Shown here one piece after another: positions 1 through 8,030 of a stretch of 46,412 nucleotides of DNA (its first letter is position 1; each line of letters starts with the position of its first letter). This stretch comes from a virus (lineage: Duplodnaviria; Caudoviricetes). The position numbers and the translations under genes are program-made. The notes under the pieces are model-generated. The model was not told where the DNA came from. It made no database searches and saw nothing but the letters and a program-made list of their open reading frames with translations. The stretch spans positions 1 to 46,412 of the IMG/VR virus record IMGVR_UViG_3300037467_000541. One strand, given 5' to 3'.

Positions 1-127
1 CCCCGACGGCATCGCCGGAGCGCGCACGGTTGACCTCGCCGATGTCCGTCACCGCGCCCGGATGGACGAGGAAGACGATCTTCGCGGCAATCGCAGCGAA
101 CTCGACGCAGGACTGCGAGAGCCCTTC
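1..127. repeat. Terminal overlap of circular assembly (copy 1)
   Basis: Bases 1-127 are identical to 46286-46412. The overlap falls inside the portal gene, and 127 is a common assembler k-mer length. Confidence 0.95.
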
Positions 128-916
128 GAGCGTGATGAGGTCGCCGAGGTATTCCTCGCAGTGGCCTCGGCCGTAGTCGGAGCCCGGCACCGCTTTCCAG
201 CGGAGCGGATTCCACGGCGACAGGTCGACGGGCGAGTGGCCTTCGGAGTTCGGAACGGTTTTCCCGTTGATCTCCTGACGCCACTTGCACTGGTCGTTGT
301 CCCAGGTGATCGCGGTGTAGACCTCGACGTCCTGCTTGCGGTCAGCCTTGATGTCGACGGCATCGCGCACGTCTTCGTCGAGCGTGGCCGGGTTGACCAT
401 CTCCTTGACGATGGTCTCGCGCGGCTTGCCAGCGGCGTCACGCACGACGACGTACTGGTCGAGACGGAACAACCGGAAGTTGTCCAGCGACTCGAAGTAC
501 GTCAGCACGTTGCCGGCGACGATCAAATGCAGGAGCGCTTCGGCCTTCTGCGGGCGGATCGGACTCGTCTCGAACCGTTGGAACGCATGGTTCTCGGCGG
601 AGGCCAGGATCTTGTCGAGCTTGTCGCGCTGGTCGGCGGCAAGCTGGTCATCCGCTTCCTGCGCGACTTTCTCGGGCAGGATGTAGCGGAAGAACGCGTT
701 GCCGGGCGGATACAGCGCGAGCAGCAGCTTCGCGGCCAGGTTGTTGACGCCATATGCCCCGAGGGACTGGTACGGCGATTCGATTTTCGTGGTGCTGTTG
801 GTACCCTCGGGCGGCAGGAGCGACGGGATCGTCAGCTCACTGCACTTCCGAGCGGTCTCCAACGCCAGGCTGCGGGTCGCGGTGAGCGACTCGTAGCGCT
901 TCTTGGCGGTTTCCAT
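1..916 (-). CDS. gp8: Head-tail connector (portal), 5' part; continues across the origin to 45675 (about 508 aa in total)
   Basis: ATG at 916 reads METAKKRYESL...CSELTIPSLLP...PYQSLGAYGVNNLAAKLLLALYPP, a T7 gp8-like N-terminus. The frame joins 45675-46285 in register (1527 nt). Confidence 0.93.
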   Translation of the reverse strand, partial: METAKKRYESLTATRSLALETARKCSELTIPSLLPPEGTNSTTKIESPYQSLGAYGVNNLAAKLLLALYPPGNAFFRYILPEKVAQEADDQLAADQRDKLDKILASAENHAFQRFETSPIRPQKAEALLHLIVAGNVLTYFESLDNFRLFRLDQYVVVRDAAGKPRETIVKEMVNPATLDEDVRDAVDIKADRKQDVEVYTAITWDNDQCKWRQEINGKTVPNSEGHSPVDLSPWNPLRWKAVPGSDYGRGHCEEYLGDLITLEGLSQSCVEFAAIAAKIVFLVHPGAVTDIGEVNRARSGDAVG

Positions 917-917
917 G

Positions 918-1247
918 TCAGAACATCAGTCCTCGAACGCGGTCGCCACCGCCGCCGCCACCGAAGAAGCCGAAGCCGCCACCGTGTCCGCCGCCGTTGC
1001 CGGGGCCGGGCGGTTGCCCACCGCCGATCCCGAGGGTGCTCGGGGGCAGGCCGCCACCGGTGTAGACCGGTCGATGCGGCGTAGGCGAACCCAGGTCGAT
1101 ACGCAGCGAGTTGCGTCCAGCCGACTCAGCGTTGATGCCGAGACCGTCGAGCCACTGGTTCCGCATGTAGATGACTTGCTTCGACGGATCGCCGCTCTGC
1201 GGCGGAGGCGTCGGTGCGGGCGGCGGCTTGGGGTGACTGAAGCACAT
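918..1247 (-). CDS. Small virion protein, T7 gp7.3-like position
   Basis: Begins MCFSHPKPPPAP, has a Gly-rich C-terminus and lies directly upstream of the portal. Confidence 0.6.
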   Translation of the reverse strand: MCFSHPKPPPAPTPPPQSGDPSKQVIYMRNQWLDGLGINAESAGRNSLRIDLGSPTPHRPVYTGGGLPPSTLGIGGGQPPGPGNGGGHGGGFGFFGGGGGGDRVRGLMF

Positions 1248-1250
1248 CGG

Positions 1251-1505
1251 TCAGCGTCCTCGAAGTAGCGAAGGCAGCTCGCCCGGCTTGTCGCCGGACA
1301 TCGACTCCTTCAACAGGTGTTCGAGCCGCTCGATCAAGCGCTGCTCGGCGATGAACCCACCGATCTCTCGATCCGTGGCATTGATGCTCGGTGGCGTCGC
1401 GGGATACATCTCGCGCAGGAGCGCCACCAACGGCGCGTGCGCCGAGACGATGCTGCGGATTCGCAGGCGCTCGGCGTTGTTCGCGTCGATCTTCGTTTGG
1501 GCCAT
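1251..1505 (-). CDS. Hypothetical protein (84 aa), first gene of the structural block
   Basis: GAGGA SD precedes ATG at 1505 (MAQTKIDANN...); abuts the next gene. Confidence 0.7.
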   Translation of the reverse strand: MAQTKIDANNAERLRIRSIVSAHAPLVALLREMYPATPPSINATDREIGGFIAEQRLIERLEHLLKESMSGDKPGELPSLLRGR

Positions 1506-1520
1506 GTGTCCTCGCACACG

Positions 1521-1555
1521 AAAAAAATCCCCCACACCCGAAGGTGTGAGGGATT
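1521..1555 (-). terminator. Intrinsic terminator
   Basis: Minus strand reads AATCCCTCACACC-TTCG-GGTGTGGGGGATT followed by a T-run. Confidence 0.85.
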
Positions 1556-1816
1556 CGTGGATCTAGTCGCCGTACGGCTCTTCGACGCGGACTTGCACCG
1601 CTTAGTTGGTCGCCACTCGCCGGATCAGGGCATCAGTCGGCCGAGCGCTGTGCACAGCCTCGGACCGCAAAGGTGGCGGTAGAGAGCGCCGCGGATCGCG
1701 CGGCGTGGCCGTACCAGGGGACTACCTCTAAGGGCAGCCTTGGGATCACGGCTGTAGTCGTCAGGATCCCTAAGGGATCCCTAGAGAGGGGCTTCGCCCC
1801 TTGCTCTATCTCTCCC
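1521..1816 (-). ncRNA. Candidate ~295 nt structured RNA or leader with a tRNA-like subdomain
   Basis: ORF-poor interval between a phage-promoter motif (+1 ~1816) and a terminator. Contains many hairpins, a long-range stem 1708-1714/1572-1578 and a T-arm-like GCGG-TGCAAGT-CCGC (1587-1601). Confidence 0.55.
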
Positions 1817-1828
1817 TGGCCCTAATCG
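1810..1828 (-). promoter_or_regulatory. Putative phage RNAP promoter (late)
   Basis: CGATTAGGGCCAGGGAGAG, also exact at 15523-15541 and 18139-18157. Aligns with T7 CGACTCACTATA/GGGAGA at -12..-10 and +1..+6. Confidence 0.75.
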
Positions 1829-2643
1829 GAAGTGCTTGATTTTCCAGGGGGGACCCACAGGCGCGGCCGACGGGCGCTGAAGTCCCAATCGGAGGCGCGG
1901 AGGATCCTGGCGCAGCGGGCTTGCGCGAGCGCGTGCTCGGGCGTGAGGCCCTGACTCAGGTAGGCCGCGACGACGACGTGCCACATGGCCTGGAGGTTCT
2001 TCGCCTCCTGCACCGCGGCGACGAATGGCGACTTCGGGCCCACGCCCTTGCAGCCGGGGTAGCCGTCAGTCGAGTCGCCGGTGAGCGTCTGCTCCATGAA
2101 GTAGCGGTCGGCGTCCAGCTCGGTGATGACGCGCGGCTTGCGCTTGTCGGTGCGCGGGTTGTAGAGCAGGCCGGGGATCGTCTTCATGTCCTTGTCGGCG
2201 GACACGATGATCTTCTCGCCGGGGACGAGCGTCGGATGCGTCGCGAGGATCCCCATGCAGTCGTCCGCTTCGAGGCGCGGGCGCTGGTAGGTCTCGTAGC
2301 GCTTCGAGTAGAACTCCTTGACTTGCTCCAGCGTCGACGGCCGGCGCACGGCCAGGCGCTTCTGCTTGTACTGCGGGTAGGAGTCGACGCGGAAGTTGAC
2401 GACCTCGCCGGTGGCCTGGTCGATGTCGTCGGTGAGGCAGACGATGATCTTCGTCGCCTTCAGGATGTTCGCGATGCGCTCGATGTCGCGCTCGGCGACT
2501 TCGAGGGCCTCCTCGATGTTCTCGTCGATGGCCGGATCTTCGTCCGGGCCGTTGAAGTGGTAGACCCCCTCGGTCGCCGACGCGGCCTTGTAGGCCATGA
2601 TGTCGGCGTCGACGAGGAGGGTCCGGTCGTTGCGTGCGGTCAC
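1822..2643 (-). CDS. gp6: 5'-3' exonuclease (T7 gp6-like)
   Basis: Motifs LLVDADIMAY, NFR...YPQYK, LEADDCMGI, SADKDMKTIPG, LTGDSTDGYPGCKGVG. Confidence 0.93.
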   Translation of the reverse strand: MTARNDRTLLVDADIMAYKAASATEGVYHFNGPDEDPAIDENIEEALEVAERDIERIANILKATKIIVCLTDDIDQATGEVVNFRVDSYPQYKQKRLAVRRPSTLEQVKEFYSKRYETYQRPRLEADDCMGILATHPTLVPGEKIIVSADKDMKTIPGLLYNPRTDKRKPRVITELDADRYFMEQTLTGDSTDGYPGCKGVGPKSPFVAAVQEAKNLQAMWHVVVAAYLSQGLTPEHALAQARCARILRASDWDFSARRPRLWVPPGKSSTSD

Positions 2644-2960
2644 AGGATCCCCTGCTTCTTGACGATCTCGCGCATGTCGGCGAGATGGCGCTCGGTGGCG
2701 GCCATCGCACCCGCGGAGCCGGTGCCCTCGGACGGGCGGAGACCCGCGTGCCAGAGCGCATCCATGAGCCCCTGCGCTTCGTCCTCGCGAAGCCGAAGGG
2801 TTGGATCGACGTAGGCGCCGTCCTCTTCGGAGCGCTTGAACACGACAGGCTGCGCGATGTCGCGATAGAGAGGGCCTTCGTAGGTGAGAAGGATCTCGAT
2901 TGCGTTGCGGCCGAAGGACCGCTGTGCGTAGGCGCGAACGCCTCCCGGTTCACGATCCAC
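2640..2960 (-). CDS. Hypothetical protein (106 aa)
   Basis: GGAGG SD and GTG start; 4-nt overlap with the exonuclease gene. Confidence 0.65.
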   Translation of the reverse strand: MDREPGGVRAYAQRSFGRNAIEILLTYEGPLYRDIAQPVVFKRSEEDGAYVDPTLRLREDEAQGLMDALWHAGLRPSEGTGSAGAMAATERHLADMREIVKKQGIL

Positions 2961-3047
2961 GGCGCTTCCTCCATGCCTTGAACGCCTGGCCAGCGAGGAA
3001 TCCGATGCAGTAGGCCAACAGTACGTAGGCCATCGGTCGTGTCAGCA

Positions 3048-3188
3048 TCATCGGCGGCGGTGCTCCAGCAGTGCGCGGATGGCCGCAGCCTTGCAATGGC
3101 CCTGCATGTTGTCGCGCTCGTCGCGGCTCGCCGCGTACAGCACGAGGACCAGCAGAGCCACGACGGGGACCAGCAGAAGCAGGCTCAT
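3048..3188 (-). CDS. Small membrane protein (46 aa)
   Basis: MSLLLLVPVVALLVLVLY hydrophobic N-terminus; ATGA coupling to the upstream gene. Confidence 0.5.
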   Translation of the reverse strand: MSLLLLVPVVALLVLVLYAASRDERDNMQGHCKAAAIRALLEHRRR

Positions 3189-3382
3189 CGTGTCCACCGT
3201 CCGGTGTGCGCGTTGAAGGACGCGAGCTTCTTCTTGAGGCGCTGAAGGCGCCACGGCGAGACCGCGCGCAGGTTGTCTTCGAGGAGGTCGGCCAGCGCGT
3301 TCGCGTTCGACTGGATCGCCTGCATCATCTCGCGGTGCTCGCGCAGGCGCGCGGTCAGGTCGTCGTAGATGTTGTTGCTCAC
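3185..3382 (-). CDS. Hypothetical protein (65 aa)
   Basis: Translationally coupled on both sides (GTGA/ATGA overlaps). Confidence 0.65.
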   Translation of the reverse strand: MSNNIYDDLTARLREHREMMQAIQSNANALADLLEDNLRAVSPWRLQRLKKKLASFNAHTGRWTR

Positions 3383-3969
3383 GGCAGCGGCCCCTCGTAG
3401 TGCTCGGTCGCGAAGATGTCGTCGTCCGGCGACCAGCCGCCGAAGCGCATCTCGCGAAACAACGCGATGCGCTGCTCCTTCTCGACGAGGTTGAGCTGCT
3501 TCGCGATCAGCGTCGCGCCGATGGAACGCAGGTACATCGTCTTGTCGTCGGTGACGATCAGGTTCACCTTGTTCGGGCCGCGGAACGAGCGGAAGCGCCA
3601 GCTAAAGCCCATGTCGACTTCGTACTTGCCGTCCAGGTCGGGCGCCCAGTCGTCGGACTCGATCAGCGCATTGGTGGCCGCGTCGAGGTTCTCCACGAGC
3701 ACCAACCAGTCGTCGTCGGTGTCGAGCACAGGCGGCGTCACGGTGAAGCGGCTTCCCGTCGGGTGCGCGCTTAGATGCGGGATCGGGATCGTCGGGTTCT
3801 CGATCAGGGAGTCGATGGCCTTCGAGACCTCGTTCTCCGCGTTCTCCAGGATGCCCACGGATTCACTCCTCGCATTCCAGTTGATGTTGTCGTAGCCGCG
3901 CGAGAACGCGCCGCGCTCGGATTCGGGGCGGTAGGCGGGGCCCTTGCCGCCGTGCCATTCGCCTCTCAC
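3379..3969 (-). CDS. Pol-beta-superfamily nucleotidyltransferase-like protein
   Basis: TGSRF...PPVLDTDDDWLVLV matches the GS..D.D signature; later FRSFR..VNLIV. Confidence 0.65.
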   Translation of the reverse strand: MRGEWHGGKGPAYRPESERGAFSRGYDNINWNARSESVGILENAENEVSKAIDSLIENPTIPIPHLSAHPTGSRFTVTPPVLDTDDDWLVLVENLDAATNALIESDDWAPDLDGKYEVDMGFSWRFRSFRGPNKVNLIVTDDKTMYLRSIGATLIAKQLNLVEKEQRIALFREMRFGGWSPDDDIFATEHYEGPLP

Positions 3970-4103
3970 GACAGGACCTTCGCCTTCCCGCAGTACGGGC
4001 AGAACATGACGTCGTGGACGTGCTCCAGGTCGGTCGTCGGGACGGCGATGTAGTGGCCCTTCCAGGCGTGGAAGCCGAGCCAGCAGAGGATTCGGTGGAT
4101 CAC
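3966..4103 (-). CDS. Small Cys/His protein (45 aa, DUF1660-like pattern)
   Basis: GTG start: IHRILCWLGFHAW...FCPYCGK; coupled to both neighbours. Confidence 0.6.
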   Translation of the reverse strand: MIHRILCWLGFHAWKGHYIAVPTTDLEHVHDVMFCPYCGKAKVLS

Positions 4104-4369
4104 GGCTTCTCCCCGAGACACACGCGCGCGGCGCGCTTGTCGTCGTTGGCGCGCTTCAGCGCGTCGTCGCCCTGGCCCGAGTGGTCCACAAGGTCCCGAG
4201 TGGTCGACTCGGGGTCGGCCATCAGTTCGTCGGTGGTTTGGTACTTGCCCTCGATCCGCGTCGGCTGGAGGAAGGGATCAGCGCACTGGAGCTGTTGCGG
4301 CGTGCCGCACGCTGTCAGGAATGCGCTCATGCAGGTAAGCACGAGCAGCAGGATCGGTTGCTTCCGCAT
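4100..4369 (-). CDS. o-spanin (Rz1-like lipoprotein)
   Basis: Signal peptide with lipobox FLTA-C; overlaps the 3' end of the i-spanin gene. Confidence 0.8.
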   Translation of the reverse strand: MRKQPILLLVLTCMSAFLTACGTPQQLQCADPFLQPTRIEGKYQTTDELMADPESTTRDLVDHSGQGDDALKRANDDKRAARVCLGEKP

Positions 4370-4610
4370 GGTCGAGGCTCTTCTGGATCTGGAGGCGGGT
4401 GTTGCGGATCGCGGCGTCGAACTCGGCGCGGCTGACCATCTCCTGCGAGAGGAGAGACAGGGCCTTCGCCTGGGTGTCGGCGCGCTGCTCGGCCGCGGCG
4501 ATGCGCGCGTCGGCCGTTGCGGCCTTCGTGGCGAGATGCCGATAGGAGATGACGGCCGTCGCGCCGAAGCCCATGAGGGCCAGCGCGAGGGCGATCTTCA
4601 GGTAGCTCAC
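4278..4610 (-). CDS. i-spanin (Rz-like)
   Basis: GTG at 4610, N-terminal TM (LKIALALALMGFGATAVI), Ala-rich coiled coil, C-terminal RIPDSVR; overlapped by a lipoprotein gene. Confidence 0.8.
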   Translation of the reverse strand: MSYLKIALALALMGFGATAVISYRHLATKAATADARIAAAEQRADTQAKALSLLSQEMVSRAEFDAAIRNTRLQIQKSLDHAEATDPAARAYLHERIPDSVRHAATAPVR

Positions 4611-4629
4611 GGTGTATCCTTCGGGGTGA

Positions 4630-4714
4630 GCCCGAGTGGTGAAACTGGTAGACGCAGCGGCTTTAGGTGCCGCCGCCGAGAGGCGTGTCGGTTCGAGTCC
4701 GACCTCGGGCACCA
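4630..4714 (+). tRNA. tRNA-Leu(TAG)
   Basis: Acceptor GCCCGAG/CTCGGGC, D-loop GG, anticodon arm GCGGC-TTTAGGT-GCCGC, long variable arm, GTTCGAGTCC T-loop, encoded ACCA; 85 nt. Confidence 0.95.
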
Positions 4715-4715
4715 C

Positions 4716-4976
4716 TTAGAAGCGGACCGCTGGCTTGCCTTCGCGGGCCTTCCACTGGATGACCGACTTCCCGGTCTCGGGCGCGGCGTAGCAGTGGACG
4801 ACTCCGTTCTTGTCGATGACGCGATGGGTGCTGCCGCCTTTGCGGTAGATCAGCGTCACCGGATCGGGAATGACGTAGTGCGATCCGTCGGGGTAGACGA
4901 CCACGCGCCACTCTTCGTCGGAGATGTCGGCCTGCACGTACGCCGGGTGGTTCGCCTCTAGCAAGGCGGGAGTCAC
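4716..4976 (-). CDS. Hypothetical protein (about 86 aa)
   Basis: Probable GTG start at 4976 just after the holin stop; protein-like sequence ...STHRVIDKNGVVH... Confidence 0.6.
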   Translation of the reverse strand: MTPALLEANHPAYVQADISDEEWRVVVYPDGSHYVIPDPVTLIYRKGGSTHRVIDKNGVVHCYAAPETGKSVIQWKAREGKPAVRF

Positions 4977-4981
4977 GGCGC

Positions 4982-5197
4982 TCACTTTTGCTTCGTGGTG
5001 ACGGCTTGCGTCGTGACCAGTCGCAGCAGGACGCCGAAGATGCCGATGGCGGTCATCAGGACGCCGTACTGCAACGGCGTGAGGGCAGCCTGGAGATGCC
5101 CGAAGGCGGCCTCGAAGGCCGTCCAGGAGCCGGCCAGGGCCAGCGCCAGGTTGAACAGCACGGTCTTCGACCGGAGCCAGAACTTCTCGGTGTTCAC
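4982..5197 (-). CDS. Putative holin (2 TM)
   Basis: 71 aa, two hydrophobic helices, basic C-terminus; upstream of the spanins. Confidence 0.7.
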   Translation of the reverse strand: MNTEKFWLRSKTVLFNLALALAGSWTAFEAAFGHLQAALTPLQYGVLMTAIGIFGVLLRLVTTQAVTTKQK

Positions 5198-5541
5198 GGG
5201 TGAGTGACCTTTTCGATTCGGTGTAGGGCTTGCATGGCAGCTCGCCGGTCACCGGAAGAAATCGCGAGGCGAAGCACCGGCAGCTCTCGGTTCACGTCCT
5301 CGTAGAGGGCAGCGATCAGGAGGCGCTGCGCGTCAGCCTTTCCCCGCGCGAAGTCGGCGGGGTTGGCACGAAAGCTCGTCCCGATCCGAAGCTCCGCGAC
5401 GTATTCGGTTTTCGGGGCGGCATGGATCTGTGCCACGAAATCGGGCGACTCGCCGACCTTGAGGTCGACCTCCAGTGGATCGAACTCGTCGATGAACTGC
5501 CGTCCCGTGTGGTGCGTCTGTAGGCGTTCGAGCAGAGTCAT
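5194..5541 (-). CDS. Hypothetical protein (115 aa)
   Basis: Coupled overlaps on both sides. Confidence 0.65.
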   Translation of the reverse strand: MTLLERLQTHHTGRQFIDEFDPLEVDLKVGESPDFVAQIHAAPKTEYVAELRIGTSFRANPADFARGKADAQRLLIAALYEDVNRELPVLRLAISSGDRRAAMQALHRIEKVTHP

Positions 5542-5708
5542 CGCGCGGTGCGCTCCAGTTCGTCCAGCAATGCGTCGGCGTACTTCACTGCCATCTCGGC
5601 GCCGTGCTTGGGGTCGTACGGCGAGCGCGCGAGCATTCCCGCGTAGAGCGATACCGCGACCTCACGGCGCAGCGCTTGACTGCGGGTGTCGTCAGGAAGG
5701 GAGGGCAT
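5538..5708 (-). CDS. Hypothetical protein (56 aa)
   Basis: ATG at 5708 (MPSLPDD...AVKYADALLDEL) fills the gap exactly. Confidence 0.6.
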   Translation of the reverse strand: MPSLPDDTRSQALRREVAVSLYAGMLARSPYDPKHGAEMAVKYADALLDELERTAR

Positions 5709-5709
5709 G

Positions 5710-6069
5710 TCAGCCTCGATAGTGGGTGGTCTTCTTCAGCAGCCCGAGCGCATCGCGAACGTGGCCGCGAGCTTCGCCGTGCGGCGGAAGGGATCGGTAG
5801 TGCAGCCCGAGGTAAGCCTGCGCGGCCTTCTCGTGCAGCATGGGGAGGATCGTGGCGAGGAAGCTCGCCGCGGTGTCGCCGTACACGCGCCACTCCCACG
5901 TCAGGCGGGTCTTGTCGTCGCCCGTGTGGTGTACCGCTACGACGCCGCCGAACGCACGCTGGAATCGCTCCAGCGTGGGTCGGTAGCTGTTGACGACACG
6001 GACCTGAAGGCTCGTACCGGCGATGCCGATGGAGCCCTCGCCGTCGAAGAAACCGGCGAGGTAGTACAG
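5710..6069 (-). CDS. Free-standing single-motif LAGLIDADG homing endonuclease (start uncertain)
   Basis: YLAGFFDGEGSIGI motif followed by FGG and W.V motifs. No ATG near the motif; CTG at 6069 or GTG at 6144 are the candidate starts. Confidence 0.75.
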   Translation of the reverse strand: MYYLAGFFDGEGSIGIAGTSLQVRVVNSYRPTLERFQRAFGGVVAVHHTGDDKTRLTWEWRVYGDTAASFLATILPMLHEKAAQAYLGLHYRSLPPHGEARGHVRDALGLLKKTTHYRG

Positions 6070-6070
6070 G

Positions 6071-8011
6071 TCAGTGAGTTGCGGCCCAGTTGTCGCCGAC
6101 CGCGAAGTCTCCCGAGAGCGGGCATTCGAGCCCGAAGTGCTCACCGGCGAGACGGATGGAGTCGGCAGCGAGTTGTCCGACTTGCTGTGCGAGTTCAGGG
6201 ATGGTCTCCAGTTGGAACTCGTCGTGCACGTTGAGGAGGTACGACACGCGCCCCGCAAGAGCGGGGTCGTTATCGACGGCATCAGCGAACAGCACGAGCG
6301 CTTTCTTCATCACGATTGCACCGCCACCTTGAAGCAGCGTGTTGAGCGCGGCGTGCTCGGAACGAACATGGATGTGGCGCCCGTCGAGGCCGATCAGGTA
6401 GCCGCGCTTCGCGCGCTTCTTGACGGCATCGGACAGCTTCTTCAGCGCCGGCAGGTTGCCCATCAGGCGAGCCCTGCGTTCCTTTCCGAGCGTGGCGAGG
6501 TTGCGGTTCCGGTCGCCCTTCTTCTTGTTGAACGCCGCCTTCTGCTCGTCGGTCATATCGTCGTAGACGATGGTGCCGAGCTTGAAGTCACCGGCGCCGT
6601 ACAGCAGCGCGTAGATGAAGGTCTTGGCGTTGTCGCGCTTGTTGAGGCCCGCAGCCTTGCGCGTCATCGAGTGGTTGTCGGTCTCGTCGGCCTTGGAGCC
6701 CTGCACGACCGCGCGTGCATACGCGCCGTCATCCCAGTGCGCCATGTAGTGCCCGAGCATTCGCAGCTCCAGGCCCTCGGCGTCGCAGCCGACCATGACG
6801 AGGCCGGGCGTGGCGCAGAACAGCGAACGGCACTCCTCGCCGTACGGGCTCCCGACCTTCGGGACCTGGGCGAGGTTTGGCTTCGAGTGCGTCATGCGCC
6901 CGGTGATGGCGCCCAGCGTGTTGACGGTGCCATGGATGCGGCCGTCGTCGCCGACGGTCTTCAGCCAGGCGGAGTCTTGCTTGCCGTCGCCAATCTGGCC
7001 CAGCAGCTTGTCGAGCACGAGGAACTCGGCGATAGGCTTCGCTTCGGGATACGGCAGCGACGAGAGGATCTCTTCGTCGACCTTCGGTTTCCCAACGCCT
7101 TTCTTGCCGCCCGCGGTGAACTCCGTAGGCTGCCAGCCGTAGACCGTCTTGAAGCGGTCGGCGATGTGGTCGCGCGATCCGGGGTTGAAGATGATGGTCT
7201 TCGTGCGGACGACCTCTTCGCCCTTGACGATGCCGAAGCGCTTGTTGCTGACCTTCGCGGTGTACCGCTTCGTGACGACTTCCCACGGCGGGAAGATGTC
7301 GCGCAAGCTGTTCTCCAGCTCGATCTTTTTCTTCGTCAGCTCGGCGTAGAGCTTCTCGGCCTCGGCGCGGTTGAACGTGATGCCGGTGCGCTCTTGCAGC
7401 GCGATGATCTCGGCGACGCGCATCTCCAGCGCGAGAGCCTCGGGCGAGTATTCCTTCGACTCGATCTTCTCGACATGCGCGAGGTTCGCCTCGACGTCCT
7501 GGAGACAGTAGTCGTCCATCTTCGGGGTGAACATCGACCAGTCGTTGTTCTCGACGCCGGAGTCGCCCTTACGGAACCCCTTGGTCCCGTCGGGATCCAA
7601 ACGGTAGCCCCAGGCTTCGACGCTGTTGACGCCGACCAGGCCCTTCTCCTGCATCTCGATGGGTTGCAAGCCGCGACGGATCAGGGAGAAGTCGAGGTCG
7701 CGCATGTCCGGCCAGATGAGCGCGGAGGCGACCTTGGTGTCGAGCACAGGCCCCAGCCGTTGCCAGCCGTAGAGCTTCTCGAACACCGCGTTGTCGTACT
7801 TGATGACGTTGTGGCCGGCAATGGTGCGAGTAGTGCGGAGATACTCCAGCGCCTCCTCGATGGTGCCGTCTCGCTTGGCCTTCGTGCCGTCGGAATAGCG
7901 CCCGTGGTTGAACCGCAGGCGCTTCCCGTCAGCGCGGTCGATCATGTTGATGCAGTGGATGCGCGAGACCGTATCGAGGAAACCGTCGGTTTCCGCGTCG
8001 TACACAATCAA
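6071..8011 (-). CDS. gp5: DNA polymerase, family A (T7 gp5-like)
   Basis: GGGAG SD and TTG at 8011 (MIVYDAETDG, ExoI). Motifs GHNVIKYD, DAEGLELR, RDNAKTFIYALLYGAG, VHDE, GDNWAATH. Confidence 0.96.
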   Translation of the reverse strand: MIVYDAETDGFLDTVSRIHCINMIDRADGKRLRFNHGRYSDGTKAKRDGTIEEALEYLRTTRTIAGHNVIKYDNAVFEKLYGWQRLGPVLDTKVASALIWPDMRDLDFSLIRRGLQPIEMQEKGLVGVNSVEAWGYRLDPDGTKGFRKGDSGVENNDWSMFTPKMDDYCLQDVEANLAHVEKIESKEYSPEALALEMRVAEIIALQERTGITFNRAEAEKLYAELTKKKIELENSLRDIFPPWEVVTKRYTAKVSNKRFGIVKGEEVVRTKTIIFNPGSRDHIADRFKTVYGWQPTEFTAGGKKGVGKPKVDEEILSSLPYPEAKPIAEFLVLDKLLGQIGDGKQDSAWLKTVGDDGRIHGTVNTLGAITGRMTHSKPNLAQVPKVGSPYGEECRSLFCATPGLVMVGCDAEGLELRMLGHYMAHWDDGAYARAVVQGSKADETDNHSMTRKAAGLNKRDNAKTFIYALLYGAGDFKLGTIVYDDMTDEQKAAFNKKKGDRNRNLATLGKERRARLMGNLPALKKLSDAVKKRAKRGYLIGLDGRHIHVRSEHAALNTLLQGGGAIVMKKALVLFADAVDNDPALAGRVSYLLNVHDEFQLETIPELAQQVGQLAADSIRLAGEHFGLECPLSGDFAVGDNWAATH

Positions 8012-8030
8012 CAGGATCTCCCGATGTGGA

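Noticed and set aside
1-127. 127-bp terminal direct repeat as the biological phage DTR
   Set aside because: It lies inside the portal gene and matches a typical assembler k-mer. Real termini are expected between terL and the early genes.
1575-1640. Hammerhead ribozyme (CUGAUG seen on the minus strand)
   Set aside because: The core needs CUGAnGA and GAAA, and both are incomplete.
5710-6282. LAGLIDADG as part of an intron or intein in DNA polymerase
   Set aside because: The polymerase is uninterrupted and ends with a normal T7-like C-terminus before the endonuclease motif.
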